Notes: generated by a model from the sequence alone, not told the origin. A stretch of DNA of 64,000 bases from an uncultured Actinomycetes bacterium (GCA_963704725.1 OY969934.1:2528001-2592000), one strand, 5' to 3'. Counted from the first letter of the stretch, positions 18,492 through 28,800 are shown. Program-made: numbers and translations.

Positions 18492-20414
18492 TTACCCGGC
18501 GCCTCCGCCGGTCCCGCCGCCCCCACCACCACCGCCGCCCGAGAACCCGCCCGAGCTGAACCCGCTCGACGAGCTCGAAGACCCGAAACCGCCCGAGCTC
18601 GAGCCCGAGCTCGCGCTCGCGCTCGCCATCGAGTGCAGCACGATCGACGGCGCGGCCGCCTGGAAGCTGTTCCAGGCGTTCAGACCGGCCAGCCCGCTCG
18701 GCCCGCCCGGCAGCGGCGCGCGCAGGCTCTCCACCGGGACGAACGCCTTCACCTGCTTCTCGACCTCCTCCGCCACGTCGAGCGCCACCGCCCACGTCAG
18801 GTACTCGTCCCAGATCACGACGGCGAGCGCCGGCGCGTTCGGCAGGTCGGAGAAGTCCTTCAGGTAGTGGCGGAACGCCGCGAGCCGCATCACGCGCGTC
18901 CGGTCCTCCAGCCCTAGCCGCGCCGGGATGATGCGGAGCGACACGACCAGGCTGACGAGCGACGTCGGGACGAGCCACCACCCCACGGCGCCGCCCACAC
19001 CCCACGCCGCCGTCCACACCCCGTACAGCGCGGCCCCGAACGCCACCACGAACGAGCCCGTCGACTCGATGCGCGCGTCGCCCTTGCGGATCCGCACGAG
19101 CAGGTCCCTGGCCTTGCCCTTCGACGCCTCGAGCCACTTCGACGAGAACGACGCGCCGCCCGGCCGGGGCCGCGGCCTCGACAGCGACACCTCGTCCACC
19201 GCGCGCTCCCCCCGGCCGAACAGCAGCCACAGGAAGTCCTGGTCGGCCTCCGTCGGCAGGTCGAGCGCGTCCATGCGCCGGACGATCGTGAGGTCCTTGG
19301 GATCGGTCACGCGGCCCTCCGCGCGCAGCTCGATCGCTCCGAGGTCGGCCAGTCGCAGGATCTGGGCCCGGTAGGCGTTCTGCGGCGAGAGGTGCCCCCT
19401 CCACGCGGACCACAGCAGCGCCGCGACCACGGCGTCGTCCTCCGGCGGCTGCTCGAGGACCTCGGGAACGTCGGGCACGCGGTCGCGGAGCTTGGCCAAG
19501 ACGACGAACAGCGCGCACACAACCGGAACGAGCAGCAGCAGGTACCCCACCCATCGTCGCTCCGCGTCGTGGCGCGATCGCAGGGCGTTCGCCTCCTCGG
19601 CCCACACGCGCTCCTGCGCGAGGATCGCATCGAGCTGAGATCCGGGCTGCTGAGCGCCGTACGGCACCACGGACGGTGGGAACAGGATCGAGCCCTCCAG
19701 GATCGAACGCGGCGGCACGTCGCGCGCCTTCAGCCGGATCGTCGAGGGGTCGACGAACGTCACCTCCCCGTTCAGCGGCCCGTGTCCGAACGCGCGCACC
19801 TGGCCGCGCTCGAGCGGTGTTCCGCCGGTGAGCGGTGCGGACCGCGGACCGTCCGGCTCGCACGTGTACGGGGGCGTTGCCAGCATCTGGACGGCATCGG
19901 GCAGGTGGATCGTGACCACCGCGTGATCCGTGACCTTCTCCCACCCCGTCCCGATGAACTGCCAGTACAGGTGCGCGGTGTCCTGGTACACGTTCACCGC
20001 GCACGCCACGCGGTAGCGGAACACCCAGGTGCGCGTCTCGTCCTCGGCCTCGTACGACCACTGCGCCTGGAAGCCGTTCGTCGCGATGGAGTGGCTCGCG
20101 TAGTCCGGCTCCACCGGGACCTCACCGCCGTCCTGGCGCACCTCGGCGATCGAGAAGTCCCGGAGGTGGTCCAGAGGATCGTCCACGTTGAAGTAGGCGA
20201 ACGTGAAGGGCCCGTTGCGGAACTCGAAGGTCCGGCGCTCCTCGAGCACGAGATCGCCGTTCGGCCGAACCGTGGCGTCGATCCGGACCTCGGGGAATCG
20301 GTAGTCCTTCTCGACGGCGTGGCCGATGACGGGAGGCAGCCACGCCCCGGCCGTGGTCAGGGCCAGGAACACGAGCACGCCGAGCCAGGCCAGCGCGCGC
20401 TTGAGAGCCCTCAC
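18492..20414 (-). CDS. DUF2207 family membrane protein
   Basis: LYWQFIG..W, GHGPLNG, AFRHYLKDFS, IWDEYL.WAVAL, Gly/Ser-rich C-terminal tail. Confidence 0.9.
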   Translation of the reverse strand: MRALKRALAWLGVLVFLALTTAGAWLPPVIGHAVEKDYRFPEVRIDATVRPNGDLVLEERRTFEFRNGPFTFAYFNVDDPLDHLRDFSIAEVRQDGGEVPVEPDYASHSIATNGFQAQWSYEAEDETRTWVFRYRVACAVNVYQDTAHLYWQFIGTGWEKVTDHAVVTIHLPDAVQMLATPPYTCEPDGPRSAPLTGGTPLERGQVRAFGHGPLNGEVTFVDPSTIRLKARDVPPRSILEGSILFPPSVVPYGAQQPGSQLDAILAQERVWAEEANALRSRHDAERRWVGYLLLLVPVVCALFVVLAKLRDRVPDVPEVLEQPPEDDAVVAALLWSAWRGHLSPQNAYRAQILRLADLGAIELRAEGRVTDPKDLTIVRRMDALDLPTEADQDFLWLLFGRGERAVDEVSLSRPRPRPGGASFSSKWLEASKGKARDLLVRIRKGDARIESTGSFVVAFGAALYGVWTAAWGVGGAVGWWLVPTSLVSLVVSLRIIPARLGLEDRTRVMRLAAFRHYLKDFSDLPNAPALAVVIWDEYLTWAVALDVAEEVEKQVKAFVPVESLRAPLPGGPSGLAGLNAWNSFQAAAPSIVLHSMASASASSGSSSGGFGSSSSSSGFSSGGFSGGGGGGGGGTGGGAG

Positions 20415-20538
20415 CTCGAGACGGAGTGTACGAAGCCGGGACCAACGGTCCTGTCCGGAAGGTCCGGTCGGCCCGTGCCGCGGGTTGCTTCAGGCAGGAA
20501 CGTTTGCCAGGCAACCGACCAGGGGAGGCTCCGACCCG

Positions 20539-20919
20539 ATGCTGCAGCTCGCGACCGGTGCGCTGCTGATCCTGCACGGTCTCGTCCACCTCGGCTACGT
20601 CTCGCCCAAGCCGGACGACCCACGCTACCCGTTCGCCCCGCAGCGGGCGTGGATCGTCTCGGCCGCGCACGTCGAGGTCGGCCTCGCCAGGACGCTGTTC
20701 GCCGCCCTCGCGGCCGTGGTCGTGACCGCGTTCACGGTCGCCGGGATCGGGCTCTTCGCGGGTGCCGGCTGGTGGCAGGTCGCCGCGACGGTGGGCGCGA
20801 TCGCGTCGGTCGTCGAGCTCCTGCTCGGCTTCCATCTGTGGCTCGTGCTCGGCATCGCGATCGACGTGGTCATCGTGGCGGGCATCGCCGCGCAGTGGCC
20901 GGCGGGGCTGTGGTCGTGA
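20539..20919 (+). CDS. Four-TM hypothetical membrane protein
   Basis: GGGGAGG RBS; LHGLVHLG motif; hydrophobic helices. Confidence 0.75.
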   Translation: MLQLATGALLILHGLVHLGYVSPKPDDPRYPFAPQRAWIVSAAHVEVGLARTLFAALAAVVVTAFTVAGIGLFAGAGWWQVAATVGAIASVVELLLGFHLWLVLGIAIDVVIVAGIAAQWPAGLWS

Positions 20920-21380
20920 CGGCGAACCGGATCGTCTCGCGGTTGGTCGGCATCGTCCTGCGGTCCCCGCTGCACGGCCTCCTCAGTCACCGGCTGCTGC
21001 TGCTGACGGTGATCGGCCGGCAGAGCGGACGGTGGTACACGTTCCCCGTCCGGTACACGACGGACGGTCGCACCATCACGGTCGTCGCCGCGCCGGCGGA
21101 CCACACGACGTGGTGGTTGAACGCGGTTCGTCCCGCCCCGGTCGTGATGCGGATCCGCGGACGCGACCGCAACGGCATCGCCCAGGTGATGTGGGAGCGG
21201 GACGAGAGTGACCGCGCGCTGGCGCGCTACGCGATCGCCTTCCGGCGCACCACGCGCCACCAGCGGCTCATCGCCCTGAGCGAGCCGGCGGGCCGCGGCG
21301 GGGTGGCCGTCGCCACCGTGGCGGTCCGGTTCCGCGACCTCGTCGTCGTCGAGATCCGGCCCACCGTCGACCTCGGCTGA
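20916..21380 (+). CDS. Ddn-like deazaflavin (F420)-dependent oxidoreductase, split-barrel family
   Basis: LRSPLHG.LS, LLLLTV.GRQSG, TFPV.Y, WWLN, V.MRIRG. Confidence 0.8.
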   Translation: MTANRIVSRLVGIVLRSPLHGLLSHRLLLLTVIGRQSGRWYTFPVRYTTDGRTITVVAAPADHTTWWLNAVRPAPVVMRIRGRDRNGIAQVMWERDESDRALARYAIAFRRTTRHQRLIALSEPAGRGGVAVATVAVRFRDLVVVEIRPTVDLG

Positions 21381-21417
21381 GTCGCCGGCGCGCGACACTC
21401 GATACCGTTCGGGCCCG

Positions 21418-22215
21418 ATGGCCCGACGCTCGACGCTCGCCACGTGGCTCGCCGTTCTCGGCGGCCTGTCCATCGCCCTCGGCGTCCTCGGCCTTTGGGC
21501 CCAGCGAACGATCGGCGACCCGGAGACCCTGGCCGGGCTGGCCGGGGAGATCCTCGATCAGCCGGAGATCCGCACCCAGCTCGCCGTCGTGATCGTCGAC
21601 CCCGTCCTCGATCGCGCCACGCCCGAGATCCGGGAGCAGCGCGCGTTCCTCGTCACCACGACGGCCTCCGTCCTGGGCGACGCGAGGTTCGTCCCCGTGT
21701 TCCAGGGCGTGCTCCGCCGCGCGGCCACCGACCTCGTGGACGGCGACGGCCCGGTCCGCCTCGACCTGCGGCGCCCCCTCGACCTCGTCGTCACGCAGGT
21801 CGAGCCGATCTCGCCCGAGCTGGCCGACCAGCTCGCGGCGATCGAGCCGCCCTCCCCCGAGGTGATCTCGAGCGGGCAGGCCGACCGGCTCCGCGGCGTC
21901 ATCGAGTTCGAACGCACCGTGAGCGTGGCCCTGCTCGTGGCCGGGGGGGCGCTCGCGCTCGTCGCCGTGCTCCGAGGCGGGCCGCGAGCCCTCCTGCCCT
22001 TCGGCGCGACGCTGGCGGGCGCCTCCCTCGTGCTGTTCGGGAGCCTGCTCCTCGGCCGGTCGCTCCTGCTGTCGGACATCCATCCCGCGGATCGCGCGGA
22101 CGCCGCCGCCGCCGCGTGGGACATCGTGATCGGCGACCTCCGCACGGCGCTGCTGGTCTCGGCGGGCGCCGGCGCCGTTGCCGTCGTCGCGGGCGGGGCG
22201 TTCGGCCGGCGTTAG
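21418..22215 (+). CDS. Hypothetical integral membrane protein
   Basis: One N-terminal TM, soluble loop, three C-terminal TMs; -10 TACCGT upstream. Confidence 0.75.
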   Translation: MARRSTLATWLAVLGGLSIALGVLGLWAQRTIGDPETLAGLAGEILDQPEIRTQLAVVIVDPVLDRATPEIREQRAFLVTTTASVLGDARFVPVFQGVLRRAATDLVDGDGPVRLDLRRPLDLVVTQVEPISPELADQLAAIEPPSPEVISSGQADRLRGVIEFERTVSVALLVAGGALALVAVLRGGPRALLPFGATLAGASLVLFGSLLLGRSLLLSDIHPADRADAAAAAWDIVIGDLRTALLVSAGAGAVAVVAGGAFGRR

Positions 22216-24203
22216 CCGGGCGCGAGGAGGAAGACGCTGCCCGGCCGCTCGTCGACGCCGGTGTTCATCGCCACGATCTCGCCGAGCGTGTGGTTGGCGT
22301 CGATGCCGAACTCGCGCTCGATGATCGCCAGGCTGGGGTCGTTCCGGTAGAAGAACCGGTCGCCGTCGCGGAGCGCCAGGAACTGCCGCGTCCACATCGC
22401 GCGCTGGAGCTCGCCGAACTCCGAGCCCCGCACGTGGTGCTCGGCGAGCATCCCGACGAACGCATCGAGTCGGTCGACCGAGCCGTAGATCGCCTTCAGC
22501 CGCGACGCGAGCGTCGAGCGCCGCACGGCCGTGACCGCGTCCTCGTCGGCGGCCTCGGTGCTCGGCCGGACGCGGCGGCCGTCGGCGTCCGACAGCTCCA
22601 TGAAGTCGAGGATCCTGGGGTCGTCGATCCACCCTCCGTGGCGCCCCTCCTCGTACTCCTGCGTGTCCTCGCCGGTGATCTGGGTGAACGAGGTCACCGG
22701 CGCGAGCCCGTAGACCCGCCGCAGGTCGTTGTACGTGGGCATGCCGTGGTCGCGGCCGCGCTCGATGTCCACCGCGCCGAGGTCGAGCACCGTGCGGAAG
22801 CACTCGGCCATGGGCGGCCCGTCCAGGCACTCGGCCGGATCCTCGACGCCGGGGCCGGGGATCTGAAACAGCACGCTGCGCAGCTGGTTGTCGATCATCT
22901 CGTCGTTGCGGTACTCGCGCTCGGCGCCGAGCCCGGCCAGGACGTGGTCGAGCCCGATCGCCTCGAGCAGGTCGGGGTTGCCGAACGCCAGGCCGAGCGG
23001 CACCTCCATCTCAACCTCGTCGTCGCTCCGGGCGACCTCGACGCCGAACGACTCGAGGCGGTCGAGCGTCTCCGGCGAGAGGTCGCCCGCCTCCGCCTCC
23101 GCGTCGATCGTGCCGTGGATCATGCTGTGGGCCCGGTACCCCACGGTGGCGAACTCGTTCGAGAGCGTCGTCTCGACGGTGGGGTCGTAGCCCGTGTAGG
23201 GAGGCAGGTCGATCCCCACGGCGGGCAGGAACTCCTCGTACGTGACCCGCTGGATCTCCGCGATGACGACGCGCCGGGCGATCTGGAACTTGACCTCCTC
23301 GGGCAGGTCGTTCGGGAGCGCGTCCACGATCCGGTTGTGCTCCCGGGCGAACAGCGTGTGCAGCGCGGTGAGCGCGATGTTCTCGTTGGCCCGCATGTCC
23401 CCGGCGACGACGGCCCGCTGCGGCGAGGCCTGGAGCTGGCCCATGAGCTCCATCTGCGGGGCCGTCCCCGCGCGGTCCTCCGCGCGAGGCAGGTACCCCG
23501 CGCTCGACAGGAGCAGGCGCGCGCCGTTGTTCGACAGGTCGCCCTCGATCGGTCCCTCGCGCAGCCACTCCAACCGGCGTGCGGTGCCGCCGTAGATCGC
23601 CCAGCCGTCGAGGTACGAGCTCACCGTGTTGACCTGTTCGCGCGGCGAGACCCGCCCGGTCCCAGGAGCCGCCCGCGACCGCTCGAAGTCGATCACCCCG
23701 AGATCGTCGGTGAAGGACTCGAGCCGGTCCCGGCGGTCGAACGGGATCGGCGTGCTCACGCCGCCGGACTCGCGCAGGCCGAAGGTGTGATCGAGGAACT
23801 GTCCCCACGTGAAGGCCCACTGCGTCACGCCGTTCTCCGAGAACAGGTTCTGGCCGATGTCGTTGAAGATCCGGTTGCTCACGTACCGCGGCGGCGGGCC
23901 GTCGACCATCGCGCCGATCCCGTCGGCGTAGTTCGGCGCCGCCACGCGCACGTAGGGCCGGTTCGCCCGCCCCCACTCGGGATGCCGGACGTTGTTGCCG
24001 TTGCCGTCGAGGCTCTCGACGCCGTCCGGGAAGATCTCGGCGAGCGTGGCGGCGACGTCGGGGGCGACCCCCTCCGGATCGTCCGGCGCCGTGGCCGCGG
24101 ACGGGTCGGGCGAGCCCCACGTGCACGCGCCCGTCGCCAGCGCCGCGGCGAGCAGCACGGCGACCGTCGGGCGGAAGCGGCGGCGGCGGGCGGAGGGTGC
24201 GAT
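22212..24203 (-). CDS. Animal-type heme peroxidase (peroxidase-cyclooxygenase superfamily) lipoprotein; probable ATC start at 24203 (GTG 24158 in the track)
   Basis: LDGNGNN, WGQFLDH, AGDMRANEN, REHNRI, YRAHSMI, IERGRDHGMPTYN, RDGDRFFY; lipobox ATGAC. Confidence 0.9.
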   Translation of the reverse strand: MAPSARRRRFRPTVAVLLAAALATGACTWGSPDPSAATAPDDPEGVAPDVAATLAEIFPDGVESLDGNGNNVRHPEWGRANRPYVRVAAPNYADGIGAMVDGPPPRYVSNRIFNDIGQNLFSENGVTQWAFTWGQFLDHTFGLRESGGVSTPIPFDRRDRLESFTDDLGVIDFERSRAAPGTGRVSPREQVNTVSSYLDGWAIYGGTARRLEWLREGPIEGDLSNNGARLLLSSAGYLPRAEDRAGTAPQMELMGQLQASPQRAVVAGDMRANENIALTALHTLFAREHNRIVDALPNDLPEEVKFQIARRVVIAEIQRVTYEEFLPAVGIDLPPYTGYDPTVETTLSNEFATVGYRAHSMIHGTIDAEAEAGDLSPETLDRLESFGVEVARSDDEVEMEVPLGLAFGNPDLLEAIGLDHVLAGLGAEREYRNDEMIDNQLRSVLFQIPGPGVEDPAECLDGPPMAECFRTVLDLGAVDIERGRDHGMPTYNDLRRVYGLAPVTSFTQITGEDTQEYEEGRHGGWIDDPRILDFMELSDADGRRVRPSTEAADEDAVTAVRRSTLASRLKAIYGSVDRLDAFVGMLAEHHVRGSEFGELQRAMWTRQFLALRDGDRFFYRNDPSLAIIEREFGIDANHTLGEIVAMNTGVDERPGSVFLLAPG

Positions 24204-24276
24204 AGCGCCGCATCCTAGCCGAGCCGGTCGAGGCGCGGGCTGGGCGACGCCTGCCGGCGAGCCGCTCCCGGCTGCC

Positions 24277-25779
24277 CTACCGGGCCGCCGGCGACAGCCG
24301 GATCAGCGCCTCCAGCACCCGGTCGACGTCGTCGGGCGTGGACAGGTAGTTCACGATCCCGGCCCGCAGGTAGGTCCGGCCGCGCAGGCGGGTCGTCGAG
24401 ACCCAACCGGTCCCATCGACCTCGAGCGCGCGCTGAAGGCGGTCCTGGTAGGCGTCGAGCTCCTCGCCGTCCAGGCCCCCGGGCAGGTGGCGCAGGCACA
24501 CCACGGAGAGCTCGGGGCGCGCCGGCGCGACCTCGAACCCCCCGAGCTCCTCGCACCGCCGGACCATGTGCGCAGCGAGGTCGTTCGTGAGCTCGATCAG
24601 GCGGCCGAACCCCTCACTCCCCAGGTGCTTCCACGACATCCACAGCTTCAGCGCACGGAACCGGCGCGTGCCCTCGAGCGTGTACTGGTACCAGTTGAGC
24701 GGCGCGTCCTTCGGCGAGCGGTAGTACTCGGGCTCGCGGTGGAACGTCCTCAGCAGGTCCTCGCGCCGCCGCACGACCAGCCCGCCGATGTCGTACGCCT
24801 GGAAGAACCACTTGTGCGGGTCGATCGTCACGCTGTCGGCGCGCTCGAGGTCCGGAACGCGCCCGGCGTCGCGAGGCGAGAGGCGGGCGGCGCCCCCATA
24901 CGCAGCGTCGACGTGCAGCCACAGGCCGTGCCGTCCGGCCACGTCCGCGAGCTCGCCGACCAGGTCGACCGAGCCGGTGTTCGTGGAGCCCGAGACGGCC
25001 GAGATCGCGAACGGCACGAGTCCCGCCGCGCGGTCCTCCTCGATCGCGGCCTCCACGGGCCCGCCGTGGAGCCGGAACGCGTCATCCGAGGCGATCACCC
25101 GGAGCGTCCCCTCCGGGAACCCCAGCACGTCGAGGGCCCGGGCGATCGAGAAGTGGGTCTGGTCGCTCGCGTACACGCGGGCGTTCTCCAGGTCCCGACC
25201 CCGGGGCGGCTCGCGCAGGTCGAGCAGGCGCGCCAGGTGGACGTCGCGGGCCGCGGTCATCGCCATCACGTTCGCCATGACGCCGCCCGAGGTGAGGACC
25301 CCCCAGCTCCCCTCGCCCATCCCGACGAGGTCGCGCAGCCACGCCGTGACCTCCTCCTCGACGAGCGCGCCGACCGGGCCGGCGGCCCACACGTCGACGC
25401 CCTGGTGCATCCACTGGCCAAGGACCTCGCCGCCGATCGACAGCGGCAGCGGCGGCGCGGTGAAGTAGCTGAACGCGCCGGGGTGCTGCGCGTTGAAGAC
25501 GTAGGGCGCCACGCGCTCGCGGAACTCGCGAAGGAGCGCGTCCGACGTCGACGGGCCGCTCGGGGGCGGCGACGGCTCGCTCGAGGGACCGAAGAACCGG
25601 CGTCGCATCTCCGGGTACGAGTCCGGAGCGACCGGGCGTCGCATCGCCTCGCCGTAGACGTAGTCGAGGCTGGCGTCCCACACCGCCGCCCCGAACGCCT
25701 CGAGCGCCGCCCGGGCCCGGGCCGGGTCGCGGAACCCGATCAGCTCGGGCTCCGGGTGCCACGCGAACGGGTCGCTCAC
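24277..25779 (-). CDS. Group II PLP-dependent amino acid decarboxylase (copy 1)
   Basis: GVLTSGG, SDQTHFS, GSTNTGSVD, WLHVDAAYGG, DPHKW; GTG 7 nt after -10 TAGTCT. Confidence 0.92.
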   Translation of the reverse strand: MSDPFAWHPEPELIGFRDPARARAALEAFGAAVWDASLDYVYGEAMRRPVAPDSYPEMRRRFFGPSSEPSPPPSGPSTSDALLREFRERVAPYVFNAQHPGAFSYFTAPPLPLSIGGEVLGQWMHQGVDVWAAGPVGALVEEEVTAWLRDLVGMGEGSWGVLTSGGVMANVMAMTAARDVHLARLLDLREPPRGRDLENARVYASDQTHFSIARALDVLGFPEGTLRVIASDDAFRLHGGPVEAAIEEDRAAGLVPFAISAVSGSTNTGSVDLVGELADVAGRHGLWLHVDAAYGGAARLSPRDAGRVPDLERADSVTIDPHKWFFQAYDIGGLVVRRREDLLRTFHREPEYYRSPKDAPLNWYQYTLEGTRRFRALKLWMSWKHLGSEGFGRLIELTNDLAAHMVRRCEELGGFEVAPARPELSVVCLRHLPGGLDGEELDAYQDRLQRALEVDGTGWVSTTRLRGRTYLRAGIVNYLSTPDDVDRVLEALIRLSPAAR

Positions 25780-25789
25780 GCGCCGCAGA

Positions 25790-26368
25790 CTATCCGCCCG
25801 GGGCGGCCTCGCCAGCGTGCGATGCATCGGCCGGGGGCGGGGCGGGCGCGTTCCGCCGTCGCTCATGGTGGCGCGCCACCCGGACGCGGTTCCCGCACGC
25901 CGCCGAGCACCACACCCGGCCCGGCCTCGCCGAGACGAACACGCGGCCGCACCGCGGGGCGGGACAGACCCGCAGCCGGGCCTCGCCCCCGACGAGCTCG
26001 ATCGCCGACCGCGCGATCCGGGCGAACAGCCGCGCGGCGTCGGAGGCCGGCTGCACCTCCACCCGGCGCGCCTCGGCGCCGTCGAGCTCGAGCTCGACAT
26101 GGACGGGCGCCGCGGCGCTCGCCGCGTTCAGACGCTCGGCGGCATCCGGAGGAACGGGGCGCCCCTCGGCCGCGGCCACCAGCACCGAGCGAACCGCCTC
26201 ACGGAGCGCCCGGAAGTCGGCCAGGCGCAACGCGAGGACGGGCGACTCGACGTCCAGGTTGCCGAGCCAGCCTTCCAGCTCCCGGGGGCTCGTCAGGAGG
26301 TCGCGTTCGGCGTCGGCACGCCCCAGGAGCGTGGCGGCCAGCTCGAGCGCCGGGTTGGCTTCTCGCAT
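25790..26368 (-). CDS. ABATE / CGNR zinc-finger protein
   Basis: CPAPRC...WCSAACGNRVRVARH. Confidence 0.9.
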   Translation of the reverse strand: MREANPALELAATLLGRADAERDLLTSPRELEGWLGNLDVESPVLALRLADFRALREAVRSVLVAAAEGRPVPPDAAERLNAASAAAPVHVELELDGAEARRVEVQPASDAARLFARIARSAIELVGGEARLRVCPAPRCGRVFVSARPGRVWCSAACGNRVRVARHHERRRNAPAPPPADASHAGEAAPGG

Positions 26369-26378
26369 GGAGACATGC

Positions 26379-26393
26379 TATACCGTCGGTATA
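26379..26393. promoter_or_regulatory. Palindromic operator abutting the CGNR gene -10 box
   Basis: TATACCG-T-CGGTATA; minus-strand TAGCAT 6 nt before ATG. Confidence 0.5.
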
Positions 26394-26442
26394 TCCATTT
26401 CCAGTGTCTTGCTGAGCTAATGGTAACTTTGCCAGTCAGACC

Positions 26443-27726
26443 CTAAGCGGACGGGTGCGACGCGTCGTAGTCACGGAAGGCCGGCACGAACAGCGCGTGC
26501 GCCGCCACCCCCAGCACGCACAGGATCCCGCCCGAGACGATCGAGACCGGCACCGTGGTGAGCGACGCCACCACGCCGGCCTCGACGTTGCCGAGGGAGG
26601 GCCCCGTCGCCCACACGGCCAGGCCCATGCCCTCCAGGCGGCCGCGGAGCTCGTCGGAGACCACGGTCTGCCCGATGGTGGTGCGGAACACGCCGCTCAC
26701 CATGTCGCCGGCCCCGGCCACGGCCAGGAGGACCAGGCAGAGCCACAGCGTCTGCGACAGCCCGAACCCCACGATGGCCAGGCCCCACACCGCGACCGAG
26801 ATCAAGATGGCGCGGCCCTGGCGCCGGACCCGCTTGGCTCCCCCGCTGAGCAGGGTCGCCAGCAGGCTGCCCGCGGCCGGCGCCGCGTACAGCAGGCCGA
26901 GCAACCCCGGCCCGATCCGCAACCGGCGGGCGACGGCCGGGAACAGCGCCGTCGGCATGCCGAACACCATCGCGTTCAGGTCGATCGTGAACGTGGACAG
27001 CAGGACCCGCTTGCCCTTGAGGAAGCGCAGCCCCTCGCGGATCGCCCTCCACCCCGCTGGCGGGCTCTCGTCCGCGGGCGGCGACGGACGCATCCGCGAC
27101 AGGCAGGCCAGCGCGACGAGGAACGTGGCCACGTCCACCAGGTACGCGCCCGACGGCTCGACCGCCGCGATCAGCCCTCCGGCGAGCGCCGGTCCGGCCA
27201 GCGCGTCGAGGTTGTAGTACGCGGTCACGATGGCGAACGCCGACGGCAGCAGCTCCGTCTCGACGAGTCGCGCCGGCCATGCCCGCACCGCCGGCGAGAA
27301 CAACCCGTACAGGCCCGCGTTCAGCGTCGCCACGACGTACAGGACCCACAGCTTCGGTTGGGGCAGGAAGGCGTTCGCCGCGAGCGCCAGCGAGAGCAGC
27401 GCCAGGATGGCGTTCACGACGAGCACGAGGCGCCGGCGCTCGACGGTGTCGGCGATCATGCCACCGATCACCGGCGTGAACAGCAGCGGCGCCAGGTCGC
27501 ACAGACCGAGCAGCCCCACCGCCAGCGTCGAGCCCGTGAGCTGGAACACCTGGAACGGCACGGTCACGAACGTGATCTCGTTGCCGAGGTCGGACACGGC
27601 CATGCCGGCGAACAGCAGGCGGAAGTCCCCCGACGCCCGCAGCGGCGTGAGGTCGATGAGGTGGTGCCGGATCCGCGCCAGCCCGCTCGGCCGGGGTTCC
27701 GGCGGCTCGAGCCGCTCCCCGCCCAC
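26443..27726 (-). CDS. MFS transporter (EntS/MFS_3-like)
   Basis: DLTPLR..DFR, GGMIADTVERR, DLNAMVFGMP, LRGR, GPSLGNVEAG. Confidence 0.9.
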   Translation of the reverse strand: MGGERLEPPEPRPSGLARIRHHLIDLTPLRASGDFRLLFAGMAVSDLGNEITFVTVPFQVFQLTGSTLAVGLLGLCDLAPLLFTPVIGGMIADTVERRRLVLVVNAILALLSLALAANAFLPQPKLWVLYVVATLNAGLYGLFSPAVRAWPARLVETELLPSAFAIVTAYYNLDALAGPALAGGLIAAVEPSGAYLVDVATFLVALACLSRMRPSPPADESPPAGWRAIREGLRFLKGKRVLLSTFTIDLNAMVFGMPTALFPAVARRLRIGPGLLGLLYAAPAAGSLLATLLSGGAKRVRRQGRAILISVAVWGLAIVGFGLSQTLWLCLVLLAVAGAGDMVSGVFRTTIGQTVVSDELRGRLEGMGLAVWATGPSLGNVEAGVVASLTTVPVSIVSGGILCVLGVAAHALFVPAFRDYDASHPSA

Positions 27727-27759
27727 GCCACACGGTAGCCGACGGCGCGCCGGCGCTCG

Positions 27760-28758
27760 TCAGCGGCCGAGCCAGTCGTCGATCGCCGACTCGAGGTCGA
27801 GCTTGACGTCCTCGGGCGCGAAGGAGGCCCGGACCCCGTTCCTGGCCAGCCCGGCGATCTGGGGGTCGTCGAACCCGAAGACGCGACGGCACACCTCGTA
27901 CTCATCGCCGAGGAACGAGTGGAACATCGACGGGTCGTCGCTCGCCAGCGTGCATCGCAGGCCGGCGTCGACCATCGCCGGGAGCGGGTGCGCCTCGAGC
28001 GAGGGAACCGAGCGCGTCATCAGGTTCGACGTCGGGCACACGTCGAACGCGATCCCCCGGTCGCGGACCTCCTCGACGAGCGCGCGATCCTCCAGGACGC
28101 GGATCCCGTGACCGATCCGCTCCGCGCCGAGGGCCTCGATCGCTCCCCGGATCGAGGCCGGGCCGGCCGTCTCGCCCGCGTGCGGGATCGAGTGCAGCCC
28201 CCGCTCCCTGCCCTCCCGGAAGATCTCTCCGTAAGGCTCAGGCGGGAAACGCTCCTCCCCACCCAGACCGATCCCGATCACGCCGTCGCCGAGGTGGGCG
28301 GCGGCCACCTCCATGGCACGGCGGGAGTGCTCCATGTCGATCCCTCGCACCACGTCGACGTACGTCCGGCACACGATGCCGAACCGTCCCTCCCCCTCAG
28401 TCAGACCCTCGAGCACGGCAGCGAGCGTCTCGTCCCAATCGCGGACCCGGTCACGGTGATCCGGCAACGAGAACGACACCTCCGCGTAGCGGACGCCCTG
28501 GGCCGCCTCGTCCTGGCAGAGCTCGAGCGCGATCCGGTGGAAGTCCTCGGGCTCGCGCAGGCAGGCCAGGCCGGCCAGCCACTCGTCGATGAAGTGACGG
28601 AAGTCGCGGAACTCGTAGCGGCCCTCGCGCAGACCCTCGGGGAGGTCGACGCCGTAGCGCTCGGCGAGCTCGACGACCGTGGCGGGCCGCATCGAGCCCT
28701 CCAGATGCACGTGCAGGTCGACCTTGGGCAGGGCCAGGAGATCGCGAGGCATGGTCAC
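27760..28758 (-). CDS. add: Adenosine deaminase
   Basis: KVDLHVHLEGS, PHAGE, ERIGHG, CPTSN, SDDP. Confidence 0.93.
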   Translation of the reverse strand: MTMPRDLLALPKVDLHVHLEGSMRPATVVELAERYGVDLPEGLREGRYEFRDFRHFIDEWLAGLACLREPEDFHRIALELCQDEAAQGVRYAEVSFSLPDHRDRVRDWDETLAAVLEGLTEGEGRFGIVCRTYVDVVRGIDMEHSRRAMEVAAAHLGDGVIGIGLGGEERFPPEPYGEIFREGRERGLHSIPHAGETAGPASIRGAIEALGAERIGHGIRVLEDRALVEEVRDRGIAFDVCPTSNLMTRSVPSLEAHPLPAMVDAGLRCTLASDDPSMFHSFLGDEYEVCRRVFGFDDPQIAGLARNGVRASFAPEDVKLDLESAIDDWLGR

Positions 28759-28800
28759 GGGAGGCTACCGGACGCCCGGCGCCTCCCGTGACCTCACCGG

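Noticed and set aside
18492-18630. Gly/Ser low-complexity repeat
   Set aside because: Ordinary C-terminal tail of DUF2207 proteins; not paired with any partner motif
23011-24213. ATG 24213 as the peroxidase start via frameshift
   Set aside because: That ATG overlaps the -10 hexamer and is out of frame; the in-frame ATC at 24203 explains the signal peptide more simply
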